Assembly (NCBI RefSeq): GCF_006345805.1
Contig: NC_043004.1
Coordinates: 9,424,001-9,488,000, forward strand
Length of the DNA stretch: 64,000 nucleotides
Reading direction: 5' to 3'
Source: Octopus sinensis
Taxonomy: Eukaryota
Part shown: one piece after another, positions 49,393 through 62,017 of the stretch
How the letters are laid out: every line of letters starts with the position of its first letter
Numbering within the stretch: the first letter of the stretch is position 1
Made by a program: the position numbers and the translations under genes
Notes under the pieces: model-generated
Told to the model about the DNA's origin: nothing
What the model saw: the letters and a program-made list of their open reading frames with translations, nothing else
The model's database searches: none

Positions 49393-49771
49393 TACAACCG
49401 CATACAAACATATTTAGTATACAAGCTTTTGTATTTGTATTTATATACGTGTGTGTGTGTGTGTGTGTGTGTGAGTGTGTGTATGTTATATATACATACC
49501 CATATATAACAGTTTATTTGTATTCTCATACTTATACATATATCCATGTCAATACATCCAAACCCACAATCATATTGCTATCACTGATCTTCTTGATGTT
49601 GTTATTGGTGCAGATGTTACCAGAAATTTTGGGTTCTTTTCTTTTTCATATTTTTGTTTTAAAATGTAAAGACTTTACAAATGGAGTCAAACATCACCAA
49701 TAAACGTGCGCGCGTGTGTGTGTGTGTGAGCAACTACATATATGGACATGTACGTATTCATTTATAGAACG

Positions 49772-49944
49772 GGGCAGGCATGGCTGTGTGGAGAAAAGCT
49801 CGCTTTGCAACCATGCAGTTGCAACCATGTAGTGTCAGGTTCAATTCCTTTGCATGTCACCTTGGGCAAGTGTCTACTGCATGTAGCCCCAGGTCTACCA
49901 ATGCCTTTTGAATGAATTTGGTTGACAGAAACTGAGGAATCTCG

Positions 49945-49987
<43 letters not shown>

Positions 49988-49990
49988 TGA

Positions 49991-50030
<40 letters not shown>

Positions 50031-50215
50031 TGTGCGTGTGTGTGTGTGTGTGTGCGATTTTGCTTGGGCTATTTTGTGCCTTGATTTTCTTATGTTCCGT
50101 TATACAGAGCTTCGGCAAAAGAGAACAAAAGAATTTTAAAAAAGTACTGGATTTGTTTTGTTCGACTAAACCCTTCAAGGTGGTGTCACAGTATGGTGTC
50201 CAATGACTACAACCA
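49772..50215 (+). mobile_element. Degenerate CORE-type SINE family 1 with expanded (TG)n
   Basis: ggcaggcatggctgtgtgg head, caccttgggcaagtgtct core, ttcgactaaacccttcaaggtggtg tail. Confidence 0.7.
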
Positions 50216-50370
50216 AAGAAAAAAAACACAAAAAAAACAAACAAAAACAAAGATAGGTTTTGATAATTAGGTTGCATGCAGTCAGTGATAGATTTTGGAT
50301 TAATTGTAGATCTCCGCCAAAATAAAAGGGACCTGCTGGATTTCCTTAACTTGATATTATTATTGCAGTT

Positions 50371-50563
50371 GATAACCAATCCCGAGCTTTACAATTTTGT
50401 CACTAATCCTGTCCTTTACAATTGGTCACTAATCCTGTACTTCACACTTGGCCACTAATCCTGTACTTTACAATTGGTCACTAATCTCGTGCTTTACTGT
50501 TGGCCACTAATCTTGTACTTCACACTTGGTCACTAATCCTGTACTTTACATATCCTGTACTTC
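50371..50563. repeat. 26-bp minisatellite, ~7 copies
   Basis: cactaatc recurs at 50401, 50427, 50453, 50479, 50505, 50531; unit ~ggtcactaatcctgtactttacaatt. Confidence 0.9.
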
Positions 50564-50589
50564 AGCAATTCCAGTGTCAAGTTTATCTT

Positions 50590-50845
50590 TCTATTTTTTG
50601 CCTGTTTCAATAATTTCTTTAAGCCTGGTAATTATTCTATCGGTTCAATTTTGCCGACCAGCTAAGTTCTGGGGACGTAAACAGACCAACATTGGTTGTC
50701 AAGCGGTAGTGGGGGACAAATATATTTATACACGGCCGGCTGCTTTCAATTTTCGTCTATCAAATCCACTCACAAAGCTTTGGTTAGTATGTGACCACAG
50801 TAGAAGACGCTGAAAGTGCCACACAGTGGAACTGAACCCGGAAAC
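50590..50845 (-). mobile_element. CORE-type SINE family 1 fragment
   Basis: Reverse complement ccgggttcagttccactgtgtggcac...gtgagtggatttg...cgcttgacaacc. Confidence 0.7.
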
Positions 50846-51424
50846 ATCTAGTTCATTACTATAAAAGAAAACTGAAAGTACGAGATATTTTCTATGAACA
50901 AGAATCAGTTCAGAACCGGAAGTAATGCGCACGCAATCAACAATTTTATGAATCACATCCGAAACTGCAATAAAGGAAAGAAATATCATAACAATACATT
51001 TTATCACTTGCTCTGAAACAAGATTCCAAACAGAATTAAGCTTTGAGTTGATCTATTTGCCCATTTGGAAATGCCAATATCATAAAATAAGACTCATTGG
51101 TAAAACTTGCATCACATTTAACTACAGCTGACAAAGGATCTCTGAAATTCTTGAACGTAAAACAGGACAAATTAATAATAAAATTCTGTTCTAAAATCAT
51201 ACACACACAATACGCGCGTGCACACACACGTTATAGGAAATTTGTGAAAGAATCAGAAATTCCAGAAATTATATATAAATCTTCTTAGATAAGTAAATGA
51301 GGAGAATGTGAGAGACAAATTTTCGCAACATTATCCAAATATCTTCACGCATGACTTCAAATAGCTATTGGTCAAGAAACCTGTGAAGTCAGCCTTTAGA
51401 GAATAACAATATTAGTCAGTATTT

Positions 51425-51935
51425 ATTGATATCAGGAATATATCATATTAATTCGTCTGTCATTGTAAACAAGGAGATCATATGGGAGGAGAAGATGGGG
51501 TACGGTGTGTCCAGCTGAAGCCAATCAGTCCGAAGTATTCTGGGAAGGGTCTGCAGCAGCTCTCCTGGAAAGGAAGGCGAGGGGTGTGTTCCAGACTTGC
51601 ACTGTTCACATTTTCGTTTTTGCTCCCGCAATCCTGTTCTATTCATAGATGGCACCTCTCTTAAGTGCTGCTTCATCAGGCAGGGCACTCCTGCATTTGC
51701 GATTCCCAGGTGTTGGGGTTGATTTCAAAGATCTTCAGTGAGGCTTTGAGTGTATCATTAAAGGGCTTTTCTTCTGCCCACCTTGTATGCGCTTGTCTTC
51801 TGCCAGTTCGCTGGGGAGTCGCATTTCAGGCGTTCAAATAAGGTGACTTGCCCACCTGACTTGCGCTCGCCTCAAATATGTGTAAATGCTTGGCAGATCA
51901 GCTCGAGAGAATACCTCCGTGTCTGGGACCTTATC
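51425..51935 (-). pseudogene. RTE/BovB-like LINE C-terminal fragment
   Basis: Minus strand DKVPDTEVFSRA and GGQKKRP/FNDTLKASLKIFEINPNTWE remnants. Confidence 0.7.
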
Positions 51936-52160
51936 AACAATATATACAGACATGCGCATGAATGACTAACGTCAAGTCCTGATAATAAGTGTTGAACGCG
52001 GAAATGGTAAATATTTTAGTACTTGTGATATAATGGGTGAAATTCGAAGTGGAATTTAGGGAAAAGTTATAAACCGTATATGAAAGTAAAGGTTTTAGTA
52101 CAAGATGTTTGAAGGAAGAATTCGTTTAGAAAGGAATTTGTCTAATTGTGACAGGAACCA

Positions 52161-52198
<38 letters not shown>

Positions 52199-52719
52199 AA
52201 GAAAGAGAGACAGACAAACACAAGCAGAATGTATGATGAATAATGTTGTCGTTTCAGTCTTGATTGCACCATAATAACTGGCACTCCGTCGGTTACGACG
52301 ACAAGTGTTCCACTTGGTCCGATCAACGAAGGAGTATGCTCGAGAAATTACTTACAACAGACTGAGCCCTATGCAGATACGCAAACCCCTAATGTAGTTC
52401 TGAGAGAGATTCAGCGAGGCAAAGAATGTATGTATGTATGTATGTATGTATGTATGTATGTATGTATGCATGTATGTCAGTATTCAGTTAGTTTCAAGTT
52501 TTCTTGCCAATAGAGAAAGGGACGGTTTCAAAGCTAGATCCAAAGCTCCTTCATTGGAATTTTTATAACGTCAACAGGGTATTTTTGTATGTATGTATGT
52601 ATTTATGAATGTATATGTACAGATTTGTATGTTTTGCTTTATGTATGCATTCCCATGCATATACTTACATGTCTAGACATTCTCACTTATACTTAAATGA
52701 TAAACTTCTGGTAAGTTTT

Positions 52720-53465
52720 ACAGATTTTTACAGTTCCACCGTTGGATTGGATCTGCAATCTTCGGATCCGCTTTCTTCTTTCTGGTTTTGAGAAGCCTAA
52801 TTTCCCAATATTGATATTTAGGCAGTGCGTTACATATCCCAATACCCCAATAATTCCAGGTATAAATCTTCAGCTTTATGTTAACATCATCTGGGCAACT
52901 GATTTCCACAACTGTACTCAGTTTCTCTTCTCTATCTCAAATCGTTATATCAGGTCTATTGCGTTTACATTTTATTGAGGTTTTCACTGAGATATTCCAC
53001 CAGTGCTCCTTTTTGTTATGACTGGCTATGTCTTCTACCATGCTGTGGGCTCTTATTTCTTTGTCCTTCATTATAGAGTGTCCTAGCCACAACATCATGT
53101 CTCATCGGTAGATAACATTTTCTTGATGACATTTTCGGACAACTGCTTATGATGTGGGTGATATCTTCGATGTTAGTCCACAAAGTCTGCATCAGTTGTC
53201 ACATTTAGCTGTTTTTCTTGCATCTTTGTCCCTTTTGTGCATCAAGTATTCGTTGATTTTTTTATTGTTCCGAGATTGCAAACGCATACCCTTCAAATTG
53301 AGAGTTAGCAATCGGTATTGGTTCATGAGTGACAGCTTTGAGGATCAATGTTACTATCATCTCGGAGCTTTTTACTAACATATCCTTGCATGGCCTTCTG
53401 CTCATATACGCTTATCCTTTCATCTGATGATATGCTGCGGTAGAGTCGTGTGACTTCTTTAGGCA
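52720..53465 (-). pseudogene. Very decayed R4/Dong-type LINE fragment
   Basis: Minus-strand remnants resembling YKYL and P.HGR motifs upstream of the RLE region; no open frame. Confidence 0.4.
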
Positions 53466-53789
53466 TGAATCTATGTATGTATGTATGTATGTATGTATGT
53501 ATGTATGTATGTATAATATTCTTTTTTTTTTTTTCCGTTTCATCTACCCATCCACTTTTAGCTTCAACCTTCTCATCTTATGATTTCTCATGTACTGTGC
53601 TCAGAATCTACGAATTGCTTGGAGTCACAGGTGTGTTATGAAAACCTGCATAGACACGTGTTAATAGTTCTTCTCTTTATACTGTGGACATGAAATGATA
53701 TTTATCTCTCATTGAATGGAGTACTGCTTTTGCGGATCATACCTTAAGAGTAAACTATATATATGTCACCATGATTGACCGCTAACTCC

Positions 53790-53955
53790 AAAGGTTTTTT
53801 TTATTCTCTCACTGTTATTCCACCGTGTTCTTTCTGTTGAAGACCGTAGGCTCTTAATGTAAAAGACTTTCTCACCTTCCCGAGCGTCAAACTAATACAC
53901 CTGTTTGTTGTTTATACACCTGTCGTCGTCTTTTGTTTTTCTGTAAATTTCAACT
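53790..53955 (+). mobile_element. pLTR-like repeat, same family as 13252-13422, hammerhead decayed
   Basis: tttCTGTTGAagaccgtaggctc...ccgagcgtcaaactaatacacctgtttgtt. Confidence 0.6.
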
Positions 53956-54118
53956 ATATATATATACAGATGTGTGTATTTTTTCCTTTCTTACAATTAA
54001 CACGGAAAAAATAGATGAACAGTTACCAGAGTAGCAAAAAAAATCACACAAGTAAGAAGGACATAACACCTTATTTTTAAGGTAGAAAAACTCCGGGTTT
54101 ATGTGAAATATTTTGTTA

Positions 54119-54160
<42 letters not shown>

Positions 54161-54176
54161 TATATAAAATATATGT

Positions 54177-54276
54177 AGTTAAACGCAGGTGATTCAAATT
54201 CTTTTACTTCCGACACATGTTTCGGAGATATCATGTGTCGGAAGTAAAAGAATTTTAATAACACCTGCGTTTAACT
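54177..54276. repeat. 100-bp fold-back containing the 3' half of a hammerhead
   Basis: agttaaacgcaggtg...aaattcttttacttccgacacatg / catgtgtcggaagtaaaagaattt...cacctgcgtttaact; minus strand reads ccGAAAC-atgt-GTC-ggaag. Confidence 0.8.
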
Positions 54277-54420
54277 CCGTGTGTGTGTGTACACGGAGCA
54301 AACAATTCACGAGAAAATATTTGCGAAGATATCATTGACTGTGTTATTATCTAGTGTAGCAATTTAAAAGTGCTAACAGGATCAATAATATAGGCGATTA
54401 CAAGCATTAAATAGCAGAAG

Positions 54421-54927
54421 GATTAAAATTAATCAAAGGATTGACTAAGTATCTCTACTTGCTGGAAATAACAGTCAAAACTCTTATTTAAATCGCCAAA
54501 ATACACTGATAATAACAACAGAAATCAACCGTCCGAAGGCAAACGGACAAAGACAATCTCTCAATATATATTCAAGAATTTGGATTCACGTGGACCGGTT
54601 TCTTGACTGGCATAATAGCCTCACCTTCCTCAGCACGCGTTACCATGATAGAGAGCCCCAACCCGTCGAGTTGAAGTCTGCGCTGCAACTGATTCGTTCT
54701 GCGCCGACTCCTGACAGCCACCAGTGTGAATATAATTTCAGTACGGAACAACTAATTCAGGAAAAAATAATTTGCGAAGCTATCATTGAGTCTGTTAATA
54801 TCTTGTATAATATAAAAAAAGGCCTTCGGACGGTTGATTTCTGTAGTTACCATCAGTGTATTTTGGCGATTTAAATAAGAGTTTTGACTGTTATTTCCAC
54901 CAGTATGTCCTTTGATAATTTTAATCT
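54421..54927. mobile_element. Fold-back element, arms ~54421-54540 and ~54822-54927
   Basis: ggaaataacagtcaaaactcttatttaaatcgccaaaatacactgat...aaatcaaccgtccgaaggc and its reverse complement. Confidence 0.8.
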
Positions 54928-54936
54928 TTCAGCTGC

Positions 54937-54995
<59 letters not shown>

Positions 54996-55076
54996 TCTGT
55001 ATCATATACATACATATGTTTCACACGAAAACCTGTGAAACACAAACGTACACACTTAAGTACATATATATACGTG

Positions 55077-55116
<40 letters not shown>

Positions 55117-55200
55117 GGACTCCTTCATAGAGTAACTGTTGCATTTGTTGAGCTCAGTTTGGCTGCTCATTTCTCTGGAGACTGTCAGAATGATGTGGAC

Positions 55201-55243
55201 GCCTCTGATGAGAACCTAACAAGGTTCGAAAATCGATTAAAGT
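55201..55243 (+). ncRNA. Minimal type I hammerhead motif, imperfect stem I
   Basis: gcct-CTGATGA-gaacct-aaca-aggttc-GAAA-a-tcga-t-TA-aagt. Confidence 0.7.
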
Positions 55244-55361
55244 TGTTCATAGTTTTTTCACTCTGCTAAATTGGTTAAATTTGCCCTGTTTATAATTATA
55301 CCATGTTACATATCTCTCTCTCCCTCTCTCATATATATATATATATATATAAAATAAATGC

Positions 55362-55598
55362 GCCCTTTTTAAAGCCTAGCCATGCTCATGGGCCCGGTTT
55401 CCATGGCGTATGTGTTTCCTAGCTTGACGGGACGCCAGGTCCATCGCAGCGTACTCATTTTTACCAGCTGAGAAGACTGGAGCAACGTGAAATGAAGTGT
55501 TTTGCTCAAGAATACAACGCGTCGCCCGGTCCAGGAATCGAAACCACAATCTTACGATCATGGTATTGACACCCTAATCACTAAGCCATGCGCCTCCA
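55362..55598 (-). mobile_element. tRNA-derived SINE (related to family 3 head)
   Basis: Reverse complement ggaggcgcatggcttagtgattagg...ggtttcgattcctgg...ttcttgagcaaaacactt; similar to 60815-60950. Confidence 0.75.
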
Positions 55599-56292
55599 CA
55601 CACACACACACATACACACACATATATATATATATAGAGAGAGAGAGATAGATAAGTACATACATACATATAGACACACATGCACACACGGACACAGACA
55701 CACACACGCTCACACACACACGCAATCTGTTCCAATAAAATACTGGTAATTATCTCATCGTATGCGGTGAAGTGTTAAATCTGTTCGTATTTGGTTGCAT
55801 GAAATCGTGTTGGGTAATTTAAAAAAAAACCTGCTGCTCATTTGCTCTGACAGTTCATAGCATTTGCACTCGTTGCACTTCCGTATTTCTACCAAAGCGT
55901 TCACTTGATGAAAATTAAAGATTGCAGATTTCCGAAGATGGTAAAAGACTGAAAAAATATCTGCTTGGAGTAGTGCCGATCAGCACTGAAAACGCGTTTC
56001 GGAAGCATTGGCAAAGAGTGGAGGGAAGAATTCTGACATAGGTAAACCAGAATCAAATTTAGAGTAGAGCAATGAATTTGCTTACTTTGAGTAAAGTATT
56101 TTTGGACAAAATACTTTTTTGGACAAATAATTATGATGCAAAACTTAACTGGACCGATTCAGCTTAATATGACAACGGATCATTCCATATTAATAATTTC
56201 TGGGCACTGATATGTGGCCGAGCACATTTGCCTGTTTGTTAACACAAATGCACACACGCACGCACACACAACACCACACACACACACACAAG

Positions 56293-56400
56293 CGTGGCTG
56301 TGTGGTAGGAAGCTTGCATCCCAACTACATGGTTCCAGGTTCAGTCCCACTGCGCGGCACTTCGGGCCGATCGGAGAGCCTTATGAGAGGTTTCGGTAGA
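56293..56400 (+). mobile_element. Truncated CORE-type SINE family 1 head
   Basis: cgtggctgtgtggtaggaagcttgc...ggttcagtcccactgcgcggcac. Confidence 0.7.
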
Positions 56401-56580
56401 GTTAAAGAAATTTTTTCCACCCAAAAAATTTTTTCACCACTCATATACACCATTCTCCTTGAATAATGGAGCTGCAAATACAATATCCTTATGTATCTCA
56501 CTTCTATATTCGTTCTCTTACTTCCCTCTGTATTTCGTATCTTCTCTACAATAATTAATACTCAAACATTTTCTCACACC

Positions 56581-56628
56581 GTCTCTGATGAAGAGATATA
56601 TAAAATATTCTGGAAACAGCTGTAAGAC
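56581..56628 (+). ncRNA. Minimal type I hammerhead motif
   Basis: gtct-CTGATGA-agagatat..atattctg-GAAA-c-agct-g-TA-agac; perfect 4-bp stem I, palindromic ACAGCTGT stem III. Confidence 0.75.
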
Positions 56629-56694
56629 CTTTTCTTCATAAATGTTATGAAATCTATTTACTGCCTTGGTTTTCTTTTATCTCATTCTGTCTAT

Positions 56695-56721
56695 TTATAT
56701 ATATACATAAATATATATATA

Positions 56722-56766
<45 letters not shown>

Positions 56767-57620
56767 CATATATACATACACACATATACATATATACATA
56801 CATACACACATATACATATATATATATACATATACATATATATATACATACATACATATACATACTTACATACATACATATATATACATACATACATATA
56901 TACATACATACATACATATATATACATACATACATATATATACATACCTATATATACATAGATACATATACATACATATACATACATACATATACATACA
57001 TACATACATATATATACATACATACATATACATACATACATATATATACATACATACACATATATGCATACATACATATACATACATACAATATATATAC
57101 ATATATACATATATATACATATATATATATATATAACATATATATATACATATATATATACATATATATATATAATATACATACATATATATATATAACC
57201 TATATATATATATACATATATACATATATACATTATATCTACATATACACATATATACATATATATCAATATATATACATAGTCTACATTTTATATATAC
57301 ATATTATATACATATATTCATCCTATATATATACATATCTATATATACATTAATATAATACATTATACATATATACATCATATATGCATATATCATACAT
57401 ATATACATATATACATATAATATACATATATACATATATATATAATACATATATACATATATATATATACATATATACATATATATATATATATACATAT
57501 ATACATATATATATATATATACATACATATATTCATATATTATACATATATACATAATATATCTATATATATATACAATATATAATACAATTCCATATAT
57601 ATATACATATCTATATATAT
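56695..57620. repeat. ~900-bp (TA)/(TACA) compound microsatellite
   Basis: Direct inspection. Confidence 0.95.
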
Positions 57621-58755
57621 GACATGGACAGGGCGGCCCCATACAGGCATGGAGCTTACAAATATAATTCAAGTGCATTGAATCAAGAAGTGAATTAATG
57701 AACTTATGTAGGCACAAGGCTAAATTTAAAATGTCGAATATAAATATACCATATGGATAGAGTATATATTTGTATTTTGGATTTTGATTTTGATTTTGAC
57801 TCTTGAGCGCTGCAACGGACCTTATAGCAAATCTTATTGTTTCTACATATATATTAGGAAAAACTACAAACTTTTTGTTTTCATGTTTTGTATTGCATAA
57901 GTTACTTGATTATTTATATTACCTTGATTATTTATAAATGACCCAAAAGGATGTTATATTTTATTTTAATAGGTCTTTCGTATATATTTTTTATTATGCA
58001 CCGAATTTTTAAAAGCAATTTTTTTTTATATAAAAAAGCAATGTTCAAATTTAGAATGTTTTATATAAGTTTGTGTATAGCAAAGCATATGTATTTGTAA
58101 GCATACTATCTGGGTATGTGTAAGTGAGTATGCTTGTGCTTAAGCACGCATACACACTACGGTATGTATATGTATCGATTCAAACTTGTGTATGTATACT
58201 GGCCTCTATATATGCCAAATAACAATATACAAATTTTTTTCCCCCCCCTCCTTCGTTCCTTTTTCTCTCTTTTCCCCCTTTCTTTCGTTCCCCTCCTTGC
58301 TCAGTATATGAGAATTGCTACATAGATGAATTTAGCTTGCGTGCGAGACGTTTTGCGTGAATATATACACATGCTTTATGTGTATAATTTAGATTCATAT
58401 TCATACGTCTGTATATATGTATGGCGTTTACGCGCATCCTTTTGTGTATTTGATATATATATGTGGATTTTAATATAAATATGTATTGCAGTATTTATAA
58501 CAGGTTTAATTTCTATGCATTAATTTGTACTGTCTTATTACCGGCACAGGTTTTTTCCTCGTATTTTCCTCGGATTTTATAATTTTTATAAGTGTTTTAT
58601 ATATATCATACATATATTTTTGACCTTTTTGTTATCGCTCGAAGATTGACCGTTTTTTCTAAAGGGCCAATCAAACAAGTCCATTTCTTTTTAAAGGTGT
58701 AGCGTTTGTAAGAGTATAGATTGAATTAATATATATGTTCCATTCTAGCAAGAAC

Positions 58756-58791
58756 TGTCTGATGAACGGCAACGAGAAACTCAGAGTAACA
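58756..58791 (+). ncRNA. Minimal type I hammerhead motif within pLTR-like repeat (to ~58900)
   Basis: tgt-CTGATGA-acg-gcaa-cga-GAAA-ctc-a-gag-TA-aca; same family as 26461-26790. Confidence 0.7.
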
Positions 58792-58894
58792 TTTTTGTTG
58801 AATTTTTCTGCTGCTTAAAATAAATCATATTACTCTACCACTGGTATTTGATTACTCTTTTTTCCACCTTGTTTCACATTTATGTGTTTACTCC

Positions 58895-58931
<37 letters not shown>

Positions 58932-59530
58932 CATATATACATATATATGTATTTGATATATAATATAGAGTATATACATATATGCACAAATAGATTCATA
59001 CATACACATACTTTTTCACTCTATTGACTTAGTATTCAATATTTACTTCCCTTTCCTAAGCAAATGAAACGAACATTCAAACGCGTATAAACATCTATAC
59101 AGACACACACACACAACTAATTGCCTGCAAATGTACATTCACACACACATACCTACATATAGTCACGCATACATACTTGCAAGGATCCATATGTACATAC
59201 ATAAGTATCTATATACATGATGTATACATACGTACATTTATATATATATATAAATACGTGCATACGTACATGCATACATCGTATATACGAAATGCGTCCA
59301 TTATCAAAAATATAGATGCAAAGACATATCACTCTTCGCCTTTGCTGTGCAAAATAGTAAAAAGATACGCTTGTCGATGGGTGTCGGCTCACAATTTTCT
59401 TTAATCTGTGAGAAATGGAGAGCCTGGTTGGTGGGGTAGGGGTGAGGTAAAGGGAAATAGCAAGGAGAGAAAAGGGGATAGGAAAGAAAATAAACCCACT
59501 TATCAACAAGTTTTCTATAGCATTTTTGTA

Positions 59531-59565
<35 letters not shown>

Positions 59566-59584
59566 TTTCCACACTTCTTCGTCT

Positions 59585-60749
59585 GGCTAAACTTGTTCTC
59601 TCCCTCAGCTACTCGTTCGCGGAGGATTTTTTCCAATAGTTCTTGGGAGTGGCAATGGGAAGGAGTATGGGCCCTAACTATGCGAACCTATTCGTTGGCT
59701 ACGTTCAGGCCGACGGTCGTTATATCGATGACTGTATCAGCGCGACGTACTCTGCCGCGAACAACGAAAGAGAAGACTCCTTCTTATCTTTTGTCCAATC
59801 CTTCCATCCTGCCCTCGAATTTTCCTGCATTATCTCTAACTCTTCCGTTCACTATCTCGTCATTTTTGTCAGAGAACACCACTTCGCTCTCACTACCTCC
59901 ATCGCCTATAAACACAATGACTCATACACCTACCTTAACTTCCCTTCCTCCCACCCTACCCACACCAAGCTCTCTTTCCCCTACTCCCAATTCCTCCGTC
60001 TACGCACGCTCCCCAGTGACAACCATGAATGAGACTCAATCTCAACTCATGGCTCGACGCTTCATCCTACGTGGATATCCCCTCACCACTATCCACACTG
60101 CCCTTGCCAGGGCACTATCCGTGGACCGTGCCTCTAATTTTTCTCCTCGCGCCCGCCCCGTCTCCTTTTCCCCTCACCTACAACCCCTTCACCCTTCCCC
60201 TCCAACGCACAATTCTCCGAGCCTTCCGGCGATTTCAGTCAGATGATCCCTTCACCTCGCACATCTCTCTCAACCTACCACTTTCCTTCTTCGAACGAGG
60301 CCATAACCAGCGTGACCTCCTGGTCCACAGTTTCTTTTCCAACCCCACCTTCCAGTCTGGCTCGTTCTTCTGCTCCCACCCGGCTTGTTCCTCTGCTCCT
60401 GCCCACGCTGTCGCACCTGCCGCTACCTCTCCAATACCACCATCCTCACGGGCACCCATCATCGTCCCTAACAAATCACCGACTCCTTTATCTGCACTTC
60501 TAGTAACGTCATTTACTGCATCTCCTGCTCTCTCTGTAATTCCTAGTTCATCGGTCGGATGGAACGCCGCTTGGCTGACCGGTTCGTGGAGAACCTCTAA
60601 GACAACAGACTCAGCAATGATACACCAGTCGTGCTCCATTTCCGGTCTACCGGTCATTCACTACAACTGTCTCTGTTCGGACTGTCTTTGCACAGGTGCC
60701 ATCCGGAATCCGGCCTTCGCTGTGAATAGAAATTAATCTTCTCTCTTCA

Positions 60750-60752
<3 letters not shown>
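59585..60752 (+). pseudogene. Penelope-like element RT plus GIY-YIG endonuclease remnant (YIDD-type lineage), frameshifted
   Basis: GVAMGRSMGPNYANLFVGYV, RYIDDC, YLNFPSSHP..KLSFPYSQFLRLR, LTYNP, CTSSNVIYCISC, IGRMERRLADRF. Confidence 0.88.
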
Positions 60753-60813
<61 letters not shown>

Positions 60814-60814
60814 G

Positions 60815-61175
60815 AAGGAGTATGGCTCAGTGGTTAGACCGTAGAGCTTACGATCGTGAGGTTGTGAGCCCGATTCCCGGAGCGGGCTGCGTGTTTTGTT
60901 CTTGAGCAAGACACTTTATTACCCATTGCTCCAGTTCGCTCAGCTGTAGAAATGAATTGCGACGTCATCTCTGGTACCAAGCTGTATCAGCCTTTGCCTT
61001 TCCCTTGGATAACATCGATGGCGTCGAAAGAGGAAGCTGGCATGCATGGGCGATTGATGGTCTTCCATAAGAACAACCCTAGGTTGTGCGTTCACCGGTG
61101 AGGCGTCTCTCCGCCCAGACTTGTACCTCGACGGGGAACTTCTTAGGTGCACCCGTGGTCATTTGTGACCCACGG
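60815..61175 (+). mobile_element. tRNA-derived SINE (family 3-related)
   Basis: tggctcagtggttag A box, gcccgattccc B box, ttcttgagcaagacactt core-like motif, 3' body shared with 4900-5100. Confidence 0.8.
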
Positions 61176-61322
61176 AGTCGAGTTTTTCGAGTCATGTTTA
61201 TGCATGCATACGTATATGTATGTTTGTATATATTTTTCTGTATATATATATATTTCCATTATGTTAATTGGTGAATAAGTCATTTTCTAGGTTTACCTTG
61301 CCTGTGTATACATGTTTGAAAT

Positions 61323-61403
61323 TTTACCTGAGGATGGTGGATTTATGCTTTGATATCATCGACGAATACAACAATAAAATGCTACCGAAACAGCTGTAGT
61401 AAA
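61323..61403 (+). ncRNA. Type I hammerhead motif with extended stem II
   Basis: tttac-CTGAGGA-t-ggtgg-[41 nt]-ctacc-GAAA-c-agct-g-TA-gtaaa; 5-bp stem I, palindromic stem III. Confidence 0.75.
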
Positions 61404-61959
61404 TTTTATACTCCACATGTGTTCTTGTGTGGGTGTGTATGTATGTATACATGTATAGGAACATATACAATTATGCCATAAATACTGCCATAGAAGCTAA
61501 ACAGCAGTCCCAATGACTACTACTACTACTACGACGACGACGACGACAGGTAACCAGCATTTGGTTACCGGTCAGCAGTCTCTTTAGGTGTGTCGGTTTT
61601 ATCGTTCACCTGTGAATCGACAGCCACGAGATACAGAGTGCTTGGTGCGTAACCTGTTGCTGAGAAGTAGATCTTCGGCCCAGATGGCGCTCATTCGAAA
61701 ATGATAAAGGGGTTAAACAGCAATATTTCCATTCACATTATATGTTGCACAGATCTATTTAATATAAAGCAAAAACCAGTTGCCGAAATATTTTCTGCCA
61801 CCTGCTGGAGAGTATTTACTTGCTTACATACATTCGCACTTACATACAAACTTATATATATGCATACATAAACACTTCAACGCATACGTGCATAGACAAA
61901 TACCGAAAAATACATATAATACACATACACGTACATGTCTACATAACACACACACACAC

Positions 61960-62016
<57 letters not shown>

Positions 62017-62017
62017 A

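Noticed and set aside
50371-50563. 26-bp repeats as CRISPR-like array
   Set aside because: The repeats are contiguous with no spacers, in a eukaryotic context. It is a plain minisatellite.
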